Origin: Rhodobiaceae bacterium
GTDB lineage: Bacteria > Pseudomonadota > Alphaproteobacteria > Rhizobiales > Aestuariivirgaceae
Reading direction: 5' to 3'
DNA length: 64,000 nucleotides
Assembly (NCBI GenBank): GCA_009885825.1
Contig: VFJY01000046.1
Location: 13,409 to 77,408, forward strand
Shown here: one piece after another, positions 1 through 10,214 of the stretch
How the letters are laid out: every line of letters starts with the position of its first letter
Numbering within the stretch: position 1 is the first letter of the stretch
Position numbers and translations under genes: made by a program
Notes under the pieces: generated by a model
What the model was told of the DNA's origin: nothing
Database searches by the model: none
Seen by the model: only the letters and a program-made list of their open reading frames with translations

Positions 1-330
1 CTGGAGGTCAGCCGCGATCTTGATGGTGGAGGTTGGTTCGGCTGTTGAGCAATCGGCAATGATCAGGCCATCGCGCAGGGCCTCGCCTATCCCCTTCGCC
101 CCATAGATAGCCTCTTCCACTTGTGGTGTTCCGGTGACGCACAGGATCACCAGATCGGAAGCCTTGGCTATTTCGGCGGGCGAAACAAATTCCGTGGCGC
201 CCAATGAGACTAGGCTGTCGACGGGTACGCGGTTCTTGTGAGCCATCAATGAGAGAGAAAACCCTTTCGCCAATATGTTCTTGCCGATACCATGGCCCAT
301 AAGGCCGACGCCGATCAAACCAACACGCAT
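1..330 (-). CDS. NAD(P)-dependent oxidoreductase, 3-hydroxyisobutyrate/6-phosphogluconate dehydrogenase family (partial, runs off window start)
   Basis: Manual translation from ATG at 330: MRVGLIGVGLMGHGIGKNILAKGFSL...VILCVTGTPQVE...IIADCST; GxGxxG Rossmann motif. Not in the ORF track. Confidence 0.85.
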   Translation of the reverse strand, partial: MRVGLIGVGLMGHGIGKNILAKGFSLSLMAHKNRVPVDSLVSLGATEFVSPAEIAKASDLVILCVTGTPQVEEAIYGAKGIGEALRDGLIIADCSTAEPTSTIKIAADLQ

Positions 331-331
331 A

Positions 332-802
332 CTACTCTCCCCTTATGAATTTGTTCAGGCCATCTTGTTCCAGAATGAATAGTCTGTCTTCCAGTTTCTT
401 TTTGAAGCCGAGGCGCTCATAAAACCGGGCACCGCCTTCATTGGCGTGGTCAACTTCCAACTTTATGAATTTTGCGCCGTTGCGCGATGCAATCCTCGAT
501 GCTTCCTTTAGCAGCGCTAATCCGATGTTGCGGTTGCGGGCGGTTGCCTCGATGAAGAGATCGACAACATACATCCCTTTGGCGGCGCGGAAGGTTGAAT
601 AGGTCATGAGATAGAGGCAGGCTCCCAGAAGCTTCCCCTGTTCACTGGCAACAACCACATTCACAAGTTCGCGGGCTTCAACGAGTTTGGCTCCGGTCAG
701 GTTGGGAACAACACCGAGTGCCAAATCACGGGCCAGGCCGTGCACCATATCAGCCACGCCTTGGGCTTCATGATCCGCCATGGCCCGGATTTCGAGACTC
801 AT
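332..802 (-). CDS. GNAT N-acetyltransferase, diamine/spermidine acetyltransferase-like
   Basis: TYSTFRAAKGMYVVDLFI, RNRNIGLALL acetyl-CoA loop, N..GARFYERLGF motif. Confidence 0.85.
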   Translation of the reverse strand: MSLEIRAMADHEAQGVADMVHGLARDLALGVVPNLTGAKLVEARELVNVVVASEQGKLLGACLYLMTYSTFRAAKGMYVVDLFIEATARNRNIGLALLKEASRIASRNGAKFIKLEVDHANEGGARFYERLGFKKKLEDRLFILEQDGLNKFIRGE

Positions 803-1830
803 GCGCCGAGGCCCCGCAGCAGCGAAGCCAAATTGCGGCCGAGGCTTGGGCTGGGGTAGCCGCCTTCCTGCACCACCAGTTTTGGAGCGGGCAATTGCGC
901 TATCATTTTGCCAATCGTTGCAAATTCCGGAGTTTCAATGGCAAATCCCCTGAAGGGATCGTCAACCGCGATATCCAGGCCAGCCGCCACAACAACAGCA
1001 TCCGGCCTGAACTCGGTGACCTTTTGCAGGGCCGTTTCGAGGCTTCGACAGTAATCCGCAATCAAAGTTCCCCGTTCCATCGGCAAATTCAGATTGAAGC
1101 CTTCGCCCTCGCCCCTGCCGGTTTCGTGTTCGTAACCCCAAAAGAAGGGATAGAACCGCTTGGGGTGCGCGTGGATGGAAACGGTCAGCACATCGGCGCG
1201 GTCATAGAATATCGCCTCGGTGCCATTGCCGTGATGAACGTCAATATCCAGGATCGCCGTGCGCTGGCCGGCCCGGGTGAAAACTTCCGCCGCCAAGGCC
1301 GAATTGTTGAAATAGCAAAAGCCTGCGGCCACGTCCGAAGCTGCATGGTGGCCTGGAGGGCGGCACAGGGCGTAAACCAGTTTTTCACTCCCTAGCACAA
1401 GGCTCGCGCCATGAACGGCGCTGGCAGCGCTTCCCAGGGCTGCCGTGAGCGTTGTGGGCGTCACTGGGCAGGCGCCATCGCCCAGATGATAGCCCACCTG
1501 CCCCACTACGGATTCAGGATAGCTGGCAGGCGCCAAGGTCGATCTTCCCATGGCATAGGTGTTGGGCAGCGGGATTTCACTGGCGTCGGGAATATGGCTC
1601 CAGCGCTCCAGCAGGGTTTCGAGGAAAGCCAGGTAGCGCTGGTCATGGACAAGCCCCACGGTTTCCATGCCAATCGCTGGCGGGGCAACCACATTCGAGC
1701 CGATTTCCAGCACCCCCTGCAGCAGCATATCAATACGCGCCGGGGTTTCAGGAATTGGCTGCGGCTTCCCCGACACGATGAATGTGCTGGGCGCATGAAG
1801 GCGTTGTGTTTCGTCAAATACGGTAATCAT
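799..1830 (-). CDS. Histone deacetylase family, acetylpolyamine amidohydrolase-like
   Basis: RPPGHHA, GFCYFNN, DIDVHHGNGT and QEGGY zinc-deacetylase motifs. Confidence 0.92.
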   Translation of the reverse strand: MITVFDETQRLHAPSTFIVSGKPQPIPETPARIDMLLQGVLEIGSNVVAPPAIGMETVGLVHDQRYLAFLETLLERWSHIPDASEIPLPNTYAMGRSTLAPASYPESVVGQVGYHLGDGACPVTPTTLTAALGSAASAVHGASLVLGSEKLVYALCRPPGHHAASDVAAGFCYFNNSALAAEVFTRAGQRTAILDIDVHHGNGTEAIFYDRADVLTVSIHAHPKRFYPFFWGYEHETGRGEGEGFNLNLPMERGTLIADYCRSLETALQKVTEFRPDAVVVAAGLDIAVDDPFRGFAIETPEFATIGKMIAQLPAPKLVVQEGGYPSPSLGRNLASLLRGLGA

Positions 1831-1902
1831 GGGTTTGCGGTTTCTTCCCTGTTTCTGCTAGTAGCGCATGAAGAACATCCGTTCTGCAAGAGGGAATTAA
1901 AC

Positions 1903-3228
1903 ATGACTGCCCTGCCACGCACCATCATTTCGACCGAGCACCTGCCTAAAGTATCATGGGCCAAGGGCTGCTATATTTACGATGTTGACGGCAAGCAATA
2001 TATCGACGGTTCCGGCGGGCCAGCGGTTTATTGCATCGGACATTCAAACACGGAAGTGAATGACGCCATCAAGGCGCAATTGGACCGCGTCGCCCATGGC
2101 TATCGGTACTTTTTTACGTCCACTGCCCTGGAAGAACTTTCCGATATTGTCCGAGGCCAATGTGGCGGCACACTCAAACATTTTGTTTATGTGACTGGCG
2201 GTTCTGAAGCGGTGGAATCCTGCCTCAAAATTGCGCTGCAATATCATGCGGCGCGGGGGGAAATGAGCCGCAGGCGCTTCATTGCGAGGGAGAGAAGTTG
2301 GCATGGCAGCACGATTGGTGCACTTTCGGTCTCTGGCTTTCTTGAACGGGTGGCGCCCTTTGAAGGCTCTCTCCTTGATGTTTCGCACCTTTCTCCCGCC
2401 AATGACTATCGGCCTATAGGAGAACCCAATGGTGCGGCCTGTGCCCAAGAACTGGAAGATGAAATCCTGAGGCTCGGTGCTGACAAGGTTGCAGCCTTCA
2501 TTTTTGAACCCGTTGTGGGCGCGGCAGGCGGCTGCGTTCCAGCCCCTGCGGGTTACGCCAAACGTGTGCGCGAGATTTGTGACAAATACGGCGTGCTGAT
2601 GATCGCCGATGAAGTGATGTGCGGTGCGGGGCGCTGCGGCACCTGGCGGGCGCTGGAAACTGATGGAGTTGAGCCGGATATCATGTCGGTCGCCAAGGGC
2701 CTTGCTGCGGGCTATCTGCCATTGGGCGCTGCCATCTATTCTGACAAGATCTCAGACACGATCATGCGCGTTCATGGCACCATCATGACCGGCCACACTT
2801 TCACTGGCCACACGGCCTGCTGTGCGGCAGGCGTTGCGGTTCAGAAAATTGTTGCGCGTGACGGCCTGATTGCCAAAGTTCGCGCCAATGAACCGAAGAT
2901 CAAGAAAATGATCACCGAGGCCCTGCAGGGCGTCGAAGCGGTTGGCGATATCAGGGGCCGTGGCCATTTCATCGCGGTGGAGTTGGTGCAGAACCGCGAA
3001 ACAAAAAAACCGTTCGGCGGATTGCATAAGCTTTTCATGCATGTGCGGCAACGGGCGCTGGAAAACGGCCTGATCTGCTATCCCGTCGGCGGGAATGTCG
3101 ATGGCGTGAATGGCGATGTCGTGATCCTGGCCCCACCCTATAATTCCACCGACGCCGAGCTGACCGAAATGGTGGACAAGATGGCAATGTCGATCAAGCA
3201 GGTGCTGGCGGAAAAGGCATTGGGGTAG
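1903..3228 (+). CDS. Class III PLP-dependent aminotransferase (omega-amino acid/putrescine-type)
   Basis: SWHG, FIFEPVVG, IADEVMCG and AKGL (PLP lysine) motifs; start moved from 1411 to ATG 1903 after an AGGG-containing RBS. Confidence 0.92.
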   Translation: MTALPRTIISTEHLPKVSWAKGCYIYDVDGKQYIDGSGGPAVYCIGHSNTEVNDAIKAQLDRVAHGYRYFFTSTALEELSDIVRGQCGGTLKHFVYVTGGSEAVESCLKIALQYHAARGEMSRRRFIARERSWHGSTIGALSVSGFLERVAPFEGSLLDVSHLSPANDYRPIGEPNGAACAQELEDEILRLGADKVAAFIFEPVVGAAGGCVPAPAGYAKRVREICDKYGVLMIADEVMCGAGRCGTWRALETDGVEPDIMSVAKGLAAGYLPLGAAIYSDKISDTIMRVHGTIMTGHTFTGHTACCAAGVAVQKIVARDGLIAKVRANEPKIKKMITEALQGVEAVGDIRGRGHFIAVELVQNRETKKPFGGLHKLFMHVRQRALENGLICYPVGGNVDGVNGDVVILAPPYNSTDAELTEMVDKMAMSIKQVLAEKALG

Positions 3229-3235
3229 CCATATA

Positions 3236-3336
3236 TCTCCCATGCCGAGGTGCGGGCAACGCGAGCCTCGAAGCATCCGTTGCAGCTGCAACCAACCCTT
3301 CGGGACATTGCTCCGCAAGGCACCTCAGGGTGAGGG
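3236..3336. repeat. ~100-bp palindromic intergenic repeat (REP/RIME-like family A), copy 1
   Basis: Reverse complement aligns by eye with 37024-37127 (CTCACCCTGAGGTGCCTTG...GAAGGGTTG...GGATGCTTCGAGGCTCGCG...GCACCTC.GCATG); sits between convergent genes. Confidence 0.8.
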
Positions 3337-3337
3337 T

Positions 3338-4345
3338 TTAGAGGTTTGGCGTCCACAGCACCTGATCAATCCGCGTCGCTCCCGTTGCCAGCAAGATCAG
3401 GCGATCCAAACCCAGCGCCACTCCGGAGGCTGGTGGCATGATTTCCAAGGCCGCCAGCAAATCTTCATCGATTGGGTAGCGTTCGCCGTAGAGTTGTTCT
3501 TTCAAATCCATCTCGGCTTCAAATCTCCGGCGTTGCTCCACTGCATCGGTGAGTTCACCAAAACCATTGGCGAGCTCCACACCACAAGCGTAGAGTTCGA
3601 AGCGTTCGGCGACGCGGGGGTCATGGATGCAGACGCGGGCGAGCGCTGCTTCCCGCGCGGGGTATTCGTAGAGGACCGTGATCGCACCATTTCCCAGATT
3701 TGGCTCGACCTTCTCGACGAGAATGCGGCTGAACATATCGGCCCAGGAATCCTGCTCGGTGAATCTGACAGGGCATTGGCTGGCCAAATCATCGCGGTTC
3801 AGCGCGTTGAGCAAATCAACGCCGGCAAACTTTTGGAATGCATCGGCGACCGTCAGCCATTCAGGTTCAGCAGAGGGTTCGACCACCCTGCCCCGCCAAT
3901 TGAACCGCTTGGTGCCTGCAACATCGGCAGCGAGCCCTACCAGTGACACACTATCTTCAATGATTGCCGCATAGGGTTCATTGGCGCGATACCATTCCAG
4001 CATGGTGAATTCAGGGGAATGGGTCAGCGCGCGCTCGCGGTTGCGGAACACATGTCCCAGATTGAAAATGCGGGATTCACCCGCCGCGAGGAGTTTCTTG
4101 CAGGCAAATTCCGGCGACGTGTGGAGATAGCGGCGTTCGCGGCTCCCATCGGGCTGGATCAAATCTGTTGCAAAAGCATGGAGATGGGTTTCATTGCCGG
4201 GCGACACCTGGAGGGCGGCGCAGTCCACTTCCAGAAATCCCCGCTGGTCAAACCAATAACGGATGGCTGCCACAATCTTGTTCCGAGACAGCAGGAATGG
4301 CCGCCGATCCTTATGTTTTTCCGGTGAAAACCAGGGAGAAACCAT
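3338..4345 (-). CDS. epmA: EF-P lysine aminoacylase EpmA (GenX/PoxA)
   Basis: LHTSPEFACKKLL, FRNRE..HSPEFTMLEWY, ERFELYACGVELANGFGEL, GVALGLDRL; adjacent to efp. Confidence 0.95.
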   Translation of the reverse strand: MVSPWFSPEKHKDRRPFLLSRNKIVAAIRYWFDQRGFLEVDCAALQVSPGNETHLHAFATDLIQPDGSRERRYLHTSPEFACKKLLAAGESRIFNLGHVFRNRERALTHSPEFTMLEWYRANEPYAAIIEDSVSLVGLAADVAGTKRFNWRGRVVEPSAEPEWLTVADAFQKFAGVDLLNALNRDDLASQCPVRFTEQDSWADMFSRILVEKVEPNLGNGAITVLYEYPAREAALARVCIHDPRVAERFELYACGVELANGFGELTDAVEQRRRFEAEMDLKEQLYGERYPIDEDLLAALEIMPPASGVALGLDRLILLATGATRIDQVLWTPNL

Positions 4346-4431
4346 TAAATCCTCGCAGGGGTTGGCTTATCAGGCTGACGCTGCTATTACCTGCCCCAAT
4401 CCAAATCAGCAATTCATGAAAGTTACAACCA

Positions 4432-5004
4432 GTGGTTAAAGTTATTGCAAGCGGCGTTCGCAAGGGCAACGTGATCGAACATGAGGACGGCAAGCTTTAT
4501 GTCGTGCTCAAGGCCGAAAGCATGCATCCCGGCAAGGGCACGCCCACAACAACCATCGATATGCGCCGCATTTCTGACGGCGTGAAAACCACGGTACGGT
4601 ACAAGACGACCGACGCCATGGAGCGGGCCTTCGTTGAAACCATCACCCATGGCTATCTCTATCTCGATGGCGAAATGTACGTGTTCATGAACCCTGAGAC
4701 GTTTGAGCAGATCAGCCTGCATGCGGACATGGTGGGCGACTCATCGCCCTTCCTGCAGGAAGGCATGGAATGCCAGATCGCCCTGTTCAATGGCGCGCCA
4801 ATTTCCATCGAATTGCCACAGCGGGTGACACTGGAAATTACTGAAACTGAGCCGGCGATCAAGAACCAGACGGCATCCTCGTCATTTAAGCCGGCTCTTC
4901 TTTCCAATGGGGTTCGCACGCTGGTTCCGCCGCATATTGCTGCGGGCACACGGATTGTAGTTGAAACGGCTGACGGCTCCTATGTGGAGCGGGCGAAGGA
5001 TTAA
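4432..5004 (+). CDS. efp: Elongation factor P
   Basis: HPGKG loop (modified Lys), [23 protein letters not shown]-terminus; GTG start. Confidence 0.96.
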   Translation: MVKVIASGVRKGNVIEHEDGKLYVVLKAESMHPGKGTPTTTIDMRRISDGVKTTVRYKTTDAMERAFVETITHGYLYLDGEMYVFMNPETFEQISLHADMVGDSSPFLQEGMECQIALFNGAPISIELPQRVTLEITETEPAIKNQTASSSFKPALLSNGVRTLVPPHIAAGTRIVVETADGSYVERAKD

Positions 5005-6176
5005 CGGCTGAAGGCCGCCACTATTTCCACATGCGATGTGTATTTGAACTGGTCAACAGCCGTCAGGGATTTCAGTTTGTAGCCGCCGTTCATCAGGATT
5101 TCCGCATCCCGTGCAAAGCTTGCCGGATCGCATGAGACGGCTACCACTGTTTTTACTGACGACTTTGCCAGTTGCCTGGCTTGGGCTTCGGCGCCAGCGC
5201 GGGGTGGATCAAATACCACTGCATCAAATTCCTTTAATTCAATTGCCACCACGGGTTCGCGCATCAGATCACGAACTTCGGCCTTGAGTGGCTTAAGTCC
5301 AGTGCCGAGCCGCACGGCCTGTGCGAGCGCCGCAATTGCGGGCTTGTCACTATCCACTGCCAAAACCTTAGCCTGCTCAGCAATTCGAAATGCGAAGGGA
5401 CCGATGCCACAAAAGAGATCGGCCACGAATTTGCTTTTTCCGAGCGACGCCAGAACAAGACTGGCGAGCGCTTCTTCACCCAGTTTTGTGGCCTGCAAAA
5501 ATGAACCGGGCGGCAGTTGCACGAGGCCCCTGCCGATCGCAATAGCGGGAACGCCATGGGTTGCCACCATGTCGCCATTGATTGTCAGGCGCAGCAGATT
5601 GAGTTCGCTCACGAGAGCCGCCAGCTTTGGCATCTGCTCATCCGCGATTTTGCGTTCCGCCTTGATCGATACATCAAGCCCGTTATCGGCAGTGGTGAGC
5701 GACACATCGCAATCACCAAGCTTTGCGCCGAACTTGCGGGCGATATCTGTGGCGTTCGCGAGCGCGGGAGCCAGAACCGGGCACTGGTCAATATCAACGA
5801 GTTCATGGCTGCGCGCCGCCATGAAACCTGCGGTTACCACGCCGTCCTTGCGGCGCACATGGAGACTGACCCGTCTGCGGCCTGTCCCATGGGCATCAAT
5901 GAGTTGGCTCACGGTCGCTTCAATGCCGCGTTTCACCAGAGCGGTTGTTATGAGGTTTTTCTTCCAGCGCTGATAGGGGTCAGCTTGCCAATGCTGCAAT
6001 TGGCACCCACCGCATTTTTCGAAATATTTGCAGAAGGTCGCGATGCGTTCGGGCGATGCCCTGACGACGTGACCAGTGGTCGAATCGATTGTCTCACCCG
6101 CCAGAACATTGCAAAATATTTGGCCTTCACCCACGCCTTCGCCGCGCCAGTTCAAATGTTCAATGACGACGTTCAT
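5001..6176 (-). CDS. RNA m5U methyltransferase, TrmA/RlmD family
   Basis: [14 protein letters not shown] Fe-S motif, [35 protein letters not shown]. Confidence 0.92.
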   Translation of the reverse strand: MNVVIEHLNWRGEGVGEGQIFCNVLAGETIDSTTGHVVRASPERIATFCKYFEKCGGCQLQHWQADPYQRWKKNLITTALVKRGIEATVSQLIDAHGTGRRRVSLHVRRKDGVVTAGFMAARSHELVDIDQCPVLAPALANATDIARKFGAKLGDCDVSLTTADNGLDVSIKAERKIADEQMPKLAALVSELNLLRLTINGDMVATHGVPAIAIGRGLVQLPPGSFLQATKLGEEALASLVLASLGKSKFVADLFCGIGPFAFRIAEQAKVLAVDSDKPAIAALAQAVRLGTGLKPLKAEVRDLMREPVVAIELKEFDAVVFDPPRAGAEAQARQLAKSSVKTVVAVSCDPASFARDAEILMNGGYKLKSLTAVDQFKYTSHVEIVAAFSR

Positions 6177-6808
6177 GCGGGATAGGCAAAGAGAATGCCG
6201 GTGCCGCCCGTCAGAGACATCGTGATTGGGCCCAGCGCGACATTAGACATGGTGAAACTTGAACCGAGCGCTGTGGTTCTGTTTTTGAGCGGCCATTTCA
6301 CGCCGACAATTTCAAGGCCTGTGATCTCACCCCATGGCACAATGCTGAAAACCCATTGTGGACCGAAATCATACTCATGATTTCCCGCAATGAGCGGATA
6401 GGCTTCCTCGTTCCCATTTGTCACAATACACGTCAAGCCGGATTGAGCTAACGATAACGCCAGACCCAGATGCGCCGTGGCGTGATCGGCCTGGCCGCCC
6501 AGACCGCCTAGCATGATGATTTCAGTTGCGCCCAATTTCAGGGCTTCACGCACGGCAATCTCGCCATCGGTTGAATCCTTTTCCCTGGGGTGCGTTTGCC
6601 GCGGAACCAGCGCGTAGTCGATTTGCAGTTCGGAACCCGCGCTATCGAAATCGCCCACCCAAAGTTCGGGCACAAGGCCCAGGGCTCTGGCGTGTTTCAT
6701 GCCGCTGTCAGCGGCAATGATCCGCGCGCCCGCTATCTGCTGGCGAAGGCGTGGCGTGACCGAGAGATCGCCACTGAGGAGAATGACGAAGCGAGGCATG
6801 GTCGCCAT
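6173..6808 (-). CDS. thiN: Thiamine pyrophosphokinase
   Basis: IAADSG, WVGDFDS, EKDSTDGEIA, GGQADH motifs; divergent from thiBPQ. Confidence 0.92.
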   Translation of the reverse strand: MATMPRFVILLSGDLSVTPRLRQQIAGARIIAADSGMKHARALGLVPELWVGDFDSAGSELQIDYALVPRQTHPREKDSTDGEIAVREALKLGATEIIMLGGLGGQADHATAHLGLALSLAQSGLTCIVTNGNEEAYPLIAGNHEYDFGPQWVFSIVPWGEITGLEIVGVKWPLKNRTTALGSSFTMSNVALGPITMSLTGGTGILFAYPA

Positions 6809-6861
6809 CTAGCAAAAACAACTTGAAAAAGCACGTTCATAAGTTTAGGTGTGTTTCTGCT

Positions 6862-6950
6862 CTCAACGGGGTGCCGCATTCGCGGCTGAGAGGAACCCAA
6901 AGTTCCAACCCGCTGAACCTGATCCGGATTATGCCGGCGGAGGGATTGCG
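6862..6950 (+). promoter_or_regulatory. TPP (THI-box) riboswitch
   Basis: GGGGTGCC...GGCTGAGAG...ACCCGCTGAACCTGATCCGGATTATGCCGGCGGAGGGA matches the aptamer consensus; anti-SD CTCCTTC (6981-6987) can pair with GAAGGAG (6999-7005). Confidence 0.95.
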
Positions 6951-7010
6951 AGCGGAACTTTTTCACCCGAAGTTCCCTTCCTCCTTCTGAAATTGTTTGA
7001 AGGAGTTGTG

Positions 7011-8003
7011 ATGAAAATCCTCATGGCCGTGCTTGTATTTCTGCTTTCCGTTTCGGCCGTTCAGGCCAGGGAAACGCTGACCATCTATACCTATGAAAGC
7101 TTCGTTTCCGAATGGGGGCCTGGTGCCAAGATCAAGGAATCCTTCGAGAAAGCCTGTGATTGCACCGTTGAATGGGTGGGACTGGGAGACGGGGTGGCGG
7201 TGCTTAACCGCCTCAAGCTGGAAGGTTCTAACACCAAGGCAGATGTGGTTTTGGGGCTCGACACCAGCCTGACGGCCGAGGCCGTCGCCACGGGGCTGTT
7301 CGGCAAGCACGGCGTTGACAGAACGCTGGCCAAAACGCCGGAACCATGGGCGGACGATGTGTTCATGCCCTATGACTACGCCCATTTTGCAGTGATCTAT
7401 GACACCGAAAAAATGACCACTCCGCCCAAGAGCCTCGACGAGTTGATCAATGGCGACCCAACCCAAAAAATTGTTTTGCAGGATCCTCGCTCATCAACGC
7501 CCGGGCTCGGGTTTCTGCTGTGGATGAAATCTGTCTATGGCGACAAGGCGGCAGACGCCTGGACAAGACTGCAGCCGCGTATTCTCACGTTCACGCCCGG
7601 CTGGAGCGAGGCCTACGGTATTTTCACCAAGGGCGAGGCGACAATGGTGCTGTCCTACACCACTTCCCCGGCCTATCATATGGTGGCTGAAAATTCATCG
7701 CGCTATCAGGCTACGGCTTTCAGTGAAGGGCACTATCTGCAGATCGAAGTTGCCGGGTTGATTGAGGCGTCGCCAGAGAAGGCGCTGGCCCAGAAATTCC
7801 TCAGTTTCATGATGACGCCGGGATTTCAGGATTTCGTCCCGACTTACAACTGGATGCTTCCTGCAGGCGCCACCCACGAAGCTCTCCCCGAAGCCTTTGG
7901 AAAACTGGTCGTGCCTTCAAAGACACTGCTGTTTTCGGCTGAAGACGTGGCCAAAAACCATCGCGCCTGGGTGGATGAGTGGCTGAATGCGCTGAGCAAA
8001 TGA
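7011..8003 (+). CDS. thiB: Thiamine ABC transporter substrate-binding protein
   Basis: Signal peptide, [32 protein letters not shown]; ATG 7011 downstream of the riboswitch. Confidence 0.95.
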   Translation: MKILMAVLVFLLSVSAVQARETLTIYTYESFVSEWGPGAKIKESFEKACDCTVEWVGLGDGVAVLNRLKLEGSNTKADVVLGLDTSLTAEAVATGLFGKHGVDRTLAKTPEPWADDVFMPYDYAHFAVIYDTEKMTTPPKSLDELINGDPTQKIVLQDPRSSTPGLGFLLWMKSVYGDKAADAWTRLQPRILTFTPGWSEAYGIFTKGEATMVLSYTTSPAYHMVAENSSRYQATAFSEGHYLQIEVAGLIEASPEKALAQKFLSFMMTPGFQDFVPTYNWMLPAGATHEALPEAFGKLVVPSKTLLFSAEDVAKNHRAWVDEWLNALSK

Positions 8004-9514
8004 CGCCTGCCAAAATCCGGGCTGCGATTGCGCTTGGACTCGTTCTGGGAGCGGTTGCGTTTGGTTTTGTTCCATTGCTCTGGCTTGGCATGGCCCAGGG
8101 GTTTTCAGGCTTCGATGCCTATTTGCCGCGCGTTGTAAGCTTCACATTGCAGCAGGCTTTTCTCTCAACAGTGATTTCACTCTTGATCGCACTGCCCGTG
8201 GCGCGGGCAATAGCGCGGCGTAATTTTTGGGGTCGTGGCGTGTTGCTGAAACTGTTTTTCTTGCCGATCGCCCTGCCGGCTATTGTCGCCATTCTGGGGA
8301 TAATCGGTGTCGCCAGCGGCGTAGTTTCGATCTATGGGCTTCACGGAATCATCTTCGCCCATGTGTTCTTCAACACGCCGCTTGCGGTTCGGCTGATGCT
8401 CACACGGCTTGACGCCATCCCGGCGGAGAATTTCCGTCTCGCGGCGCAGCTGAATTTCTCCGACCGTGATGTATTCAACAAAATTGAGTGGCCCCAACTG
8501 GCGAGCGCCATGACAGGCGTCGCCAGCCTGATCTTTCTACTTTGCACGGCGGGCTTTGCAGTCGTGCTGATTCTCGGCGGCGGCCCGCAAGCCACAACCC
8601 TTGAAGTTGCCATCTATCAGTCCTTGCGTTTGGATTTCGATCCAGCGCGGGCTTCGGTTCTGGCCCTGGCGCAGTTTGTGTTGTGTGGAATTCTGGTGCT
8701 GCTTGCCGGACGTTTTGCCACTGAAAGCGAAGTGTTTCCACGAACAGTCGCCACGACTGTCAGATATGATGGCAAGAGCCTCTCTTCCCAAGTGATGGAT
8801 TGCCTTGCCATTGCCGTTGCCGCGCTCATTGTACTGCCGCCCCTGTTGAGTATCGTGGTGGCGGGTCTCTGGAAAATTCAATTCACGGAAACGCTTTTGC
8901 GCGCAGCAGGGACAAGCCTTTTCATCGGTTTTTCGGCGGCGTGTGTGAGTTTGTTGTTGGGCTGGACCCTTGCCGACGCGGCGGCGCGGCAACAACTTGG
9001 AGTGGTGCGTCCCGTTATTATGCTCGCCAGTCTTGCAGCCCTCATCATGCCGCCCGCCGTATTGGCCACGGGCTGGTTTGTGGCCTTGAGCCAATTTGCC
9101 GATGTCGGCACTTATACGATTGTGCTGGTTGTCTGGCTCAACGCCCTGATGGCGCTGCCATTCATCTGGTCTCCGCTGTATCCGGCGATTATCGAGGCAA
9201 ATCAGCGGCATGACAGGCTATGCGCGAGTCTTGGTTTAACCGGCTGGCCGCGCTTGAAACGCATCGATTTCCCGGTGTTGCGCCGTCCCCTGGGCCTCGC
9301 CTTTCTGATGGGCATGATTGTCTCTCTCGGCGACCTTTCGGCCATCGTGCTTTTCGGCAGCGACAAGCTTGTAACACTCCCTGCCCTCATCTATCGCCAA
9401 ATGGGCAGCTACCGGATGGAGGCGGCTGCGGGCACAGCGCTTGTGCTGGCCCTTCTATGCTTCGGCCTGACGTCACTGGCGCAACGACGGAGCGCCTCCC
9501 GTGATCAAGCTTGA
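8000..9514 (+). CDS. thiP: Thiamine ABC transporter permease
   Basis: Duplicated multi-TM permease, [24 protein letters not shown]; ATGA overlap with thiB. Confidence 0.93.
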   Translation: MTPAKIRAAIALGLVLGAVAFGFVPLLWLGMAQGFSGFDAYLPRVVSFTLQQAFLSTVISLLIALPVARAIARRNFWGRGVLLKLFFLPIALPAIVAILGIIGVASGVVSIYGLHGIIFAHVFFNTPLAVRLMLTRLDAIPAENFRLAAQLNFSDRDVFNKIEWPQLASAMTGVASLIFLLCTAGFAVVLILGGGPQATTLEVAIYQSLRLDFDPARASVLALAQFVLCGILVLLAGRFATESEVFPRTVATTVRYDGKSLSSQVMDCLAIAVAALIVLPPLLSIVVAGLWKIQFTETLLRAAGTSLFIGFSAACVSLLLGWTLADAAARQQLGVVRPVIMLASLAALIMPPAVLATGWFVALSQFADVGTYTIVLVVWLNALMALPFIWSPLYPAIIEANQRHDRLCASLGLTGWPRLKRIDFPVLRRPLGLAFLMGMIVSLGDLSAIVLFGSDKLVTLPALIYRQMGSYRMEAAAGTALVLALLCFGLTSLAQRRSASRDQA

Positions 9515-10199
9515 GGCCGTCAAGTTTCGCTATGAAGACATGCTGATGGAGTTCAACTTCCACATGCCGAGAGGCGAATTCGTCGGCGTTATCGGCCCCA
9601 GCGGAGCCGGAAAATCAACCCTCCTCTCGCTGATCGCAGGTTTCGAAACGCCACTGTCAGGCCGCATCAGGTTCGCGGGCATTGACATGGCGGACCGCCC
9701 GCCAGACCAGCGCCCTGTCACCATGATCTTTCAAGACCACAACAGCTTCGCCCATCTCGACGTCTGGACCAATGTCGCCCTGGGAATATCGCCCCGCTTG
9801 AAGCTGAGTGAGGAGAAACGGGCGCGCGTTGATGACGCACTGGAGCGCGTCGGACTTTCAGATTGCAAGTCCCGCAAACCCACCGAAATTTCCGGCGGCG
9901 AAAAACAACGCATAGCAATCGCTCGCGCATTGGTCAGGGACAAGCCGGTTCTCCTGCTGGACGAACCCTTCACCGCCCTGGGCCCAGCTCTCCGCCGCGA
10001 AATGCTGGATTTGATCCGCGCAATCCAAAGGTCGCATAATCTCACGGTATTGATGGTGACGCACCAGCCGGAAGACACGGAATATGCCGCATCAAGGGTA
10101 GCTTTCGTCGAGAATGGCAAGATTGCGCATCTGCTGCCAACAGCCGATTTCTTTGCCGCATCGGCGCCAAAGGAAATTCGCAGCTATTTGGGAGGATAA
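9501..10199 (+). CDS. thiQ: Thiamine ABC transporter ATP-binding protein
   Basis: GPSGAGKST Walker A, SGGEKQR, LLLDEPF. Confidence 0.93.
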   Translation: MIKLEAVKFRYEDMLMEFNFHMPRGEFVGVIGPSGAGKSTLLSLIAGFETPLSGRIRFAGIDMADRPPDQRPVTMIFQDHNSFAHLDVWTNVALGISPRLKLSEEKRARVDDALERVGLSDCKSRKPTEISGGEKQRIAIARALVRDKPVLLLDEPFTALGPALRREMLDLIRAIQRSHNLTVLMVTHQPEDTEYAASRVAFVENGKIAHLLPTADFFAASAPKEIRSYLGG

Positions 10200-10214
10200 A
10201 GCCGAAGCCGTGGC

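Noticed and set aside
1411-1902. 164-aa N-terminal extension of the aminotransferase ORF
   Set aside because: It overlaps the deacetylase gene antisense; family homology and the RBS begin at ATG 1903.
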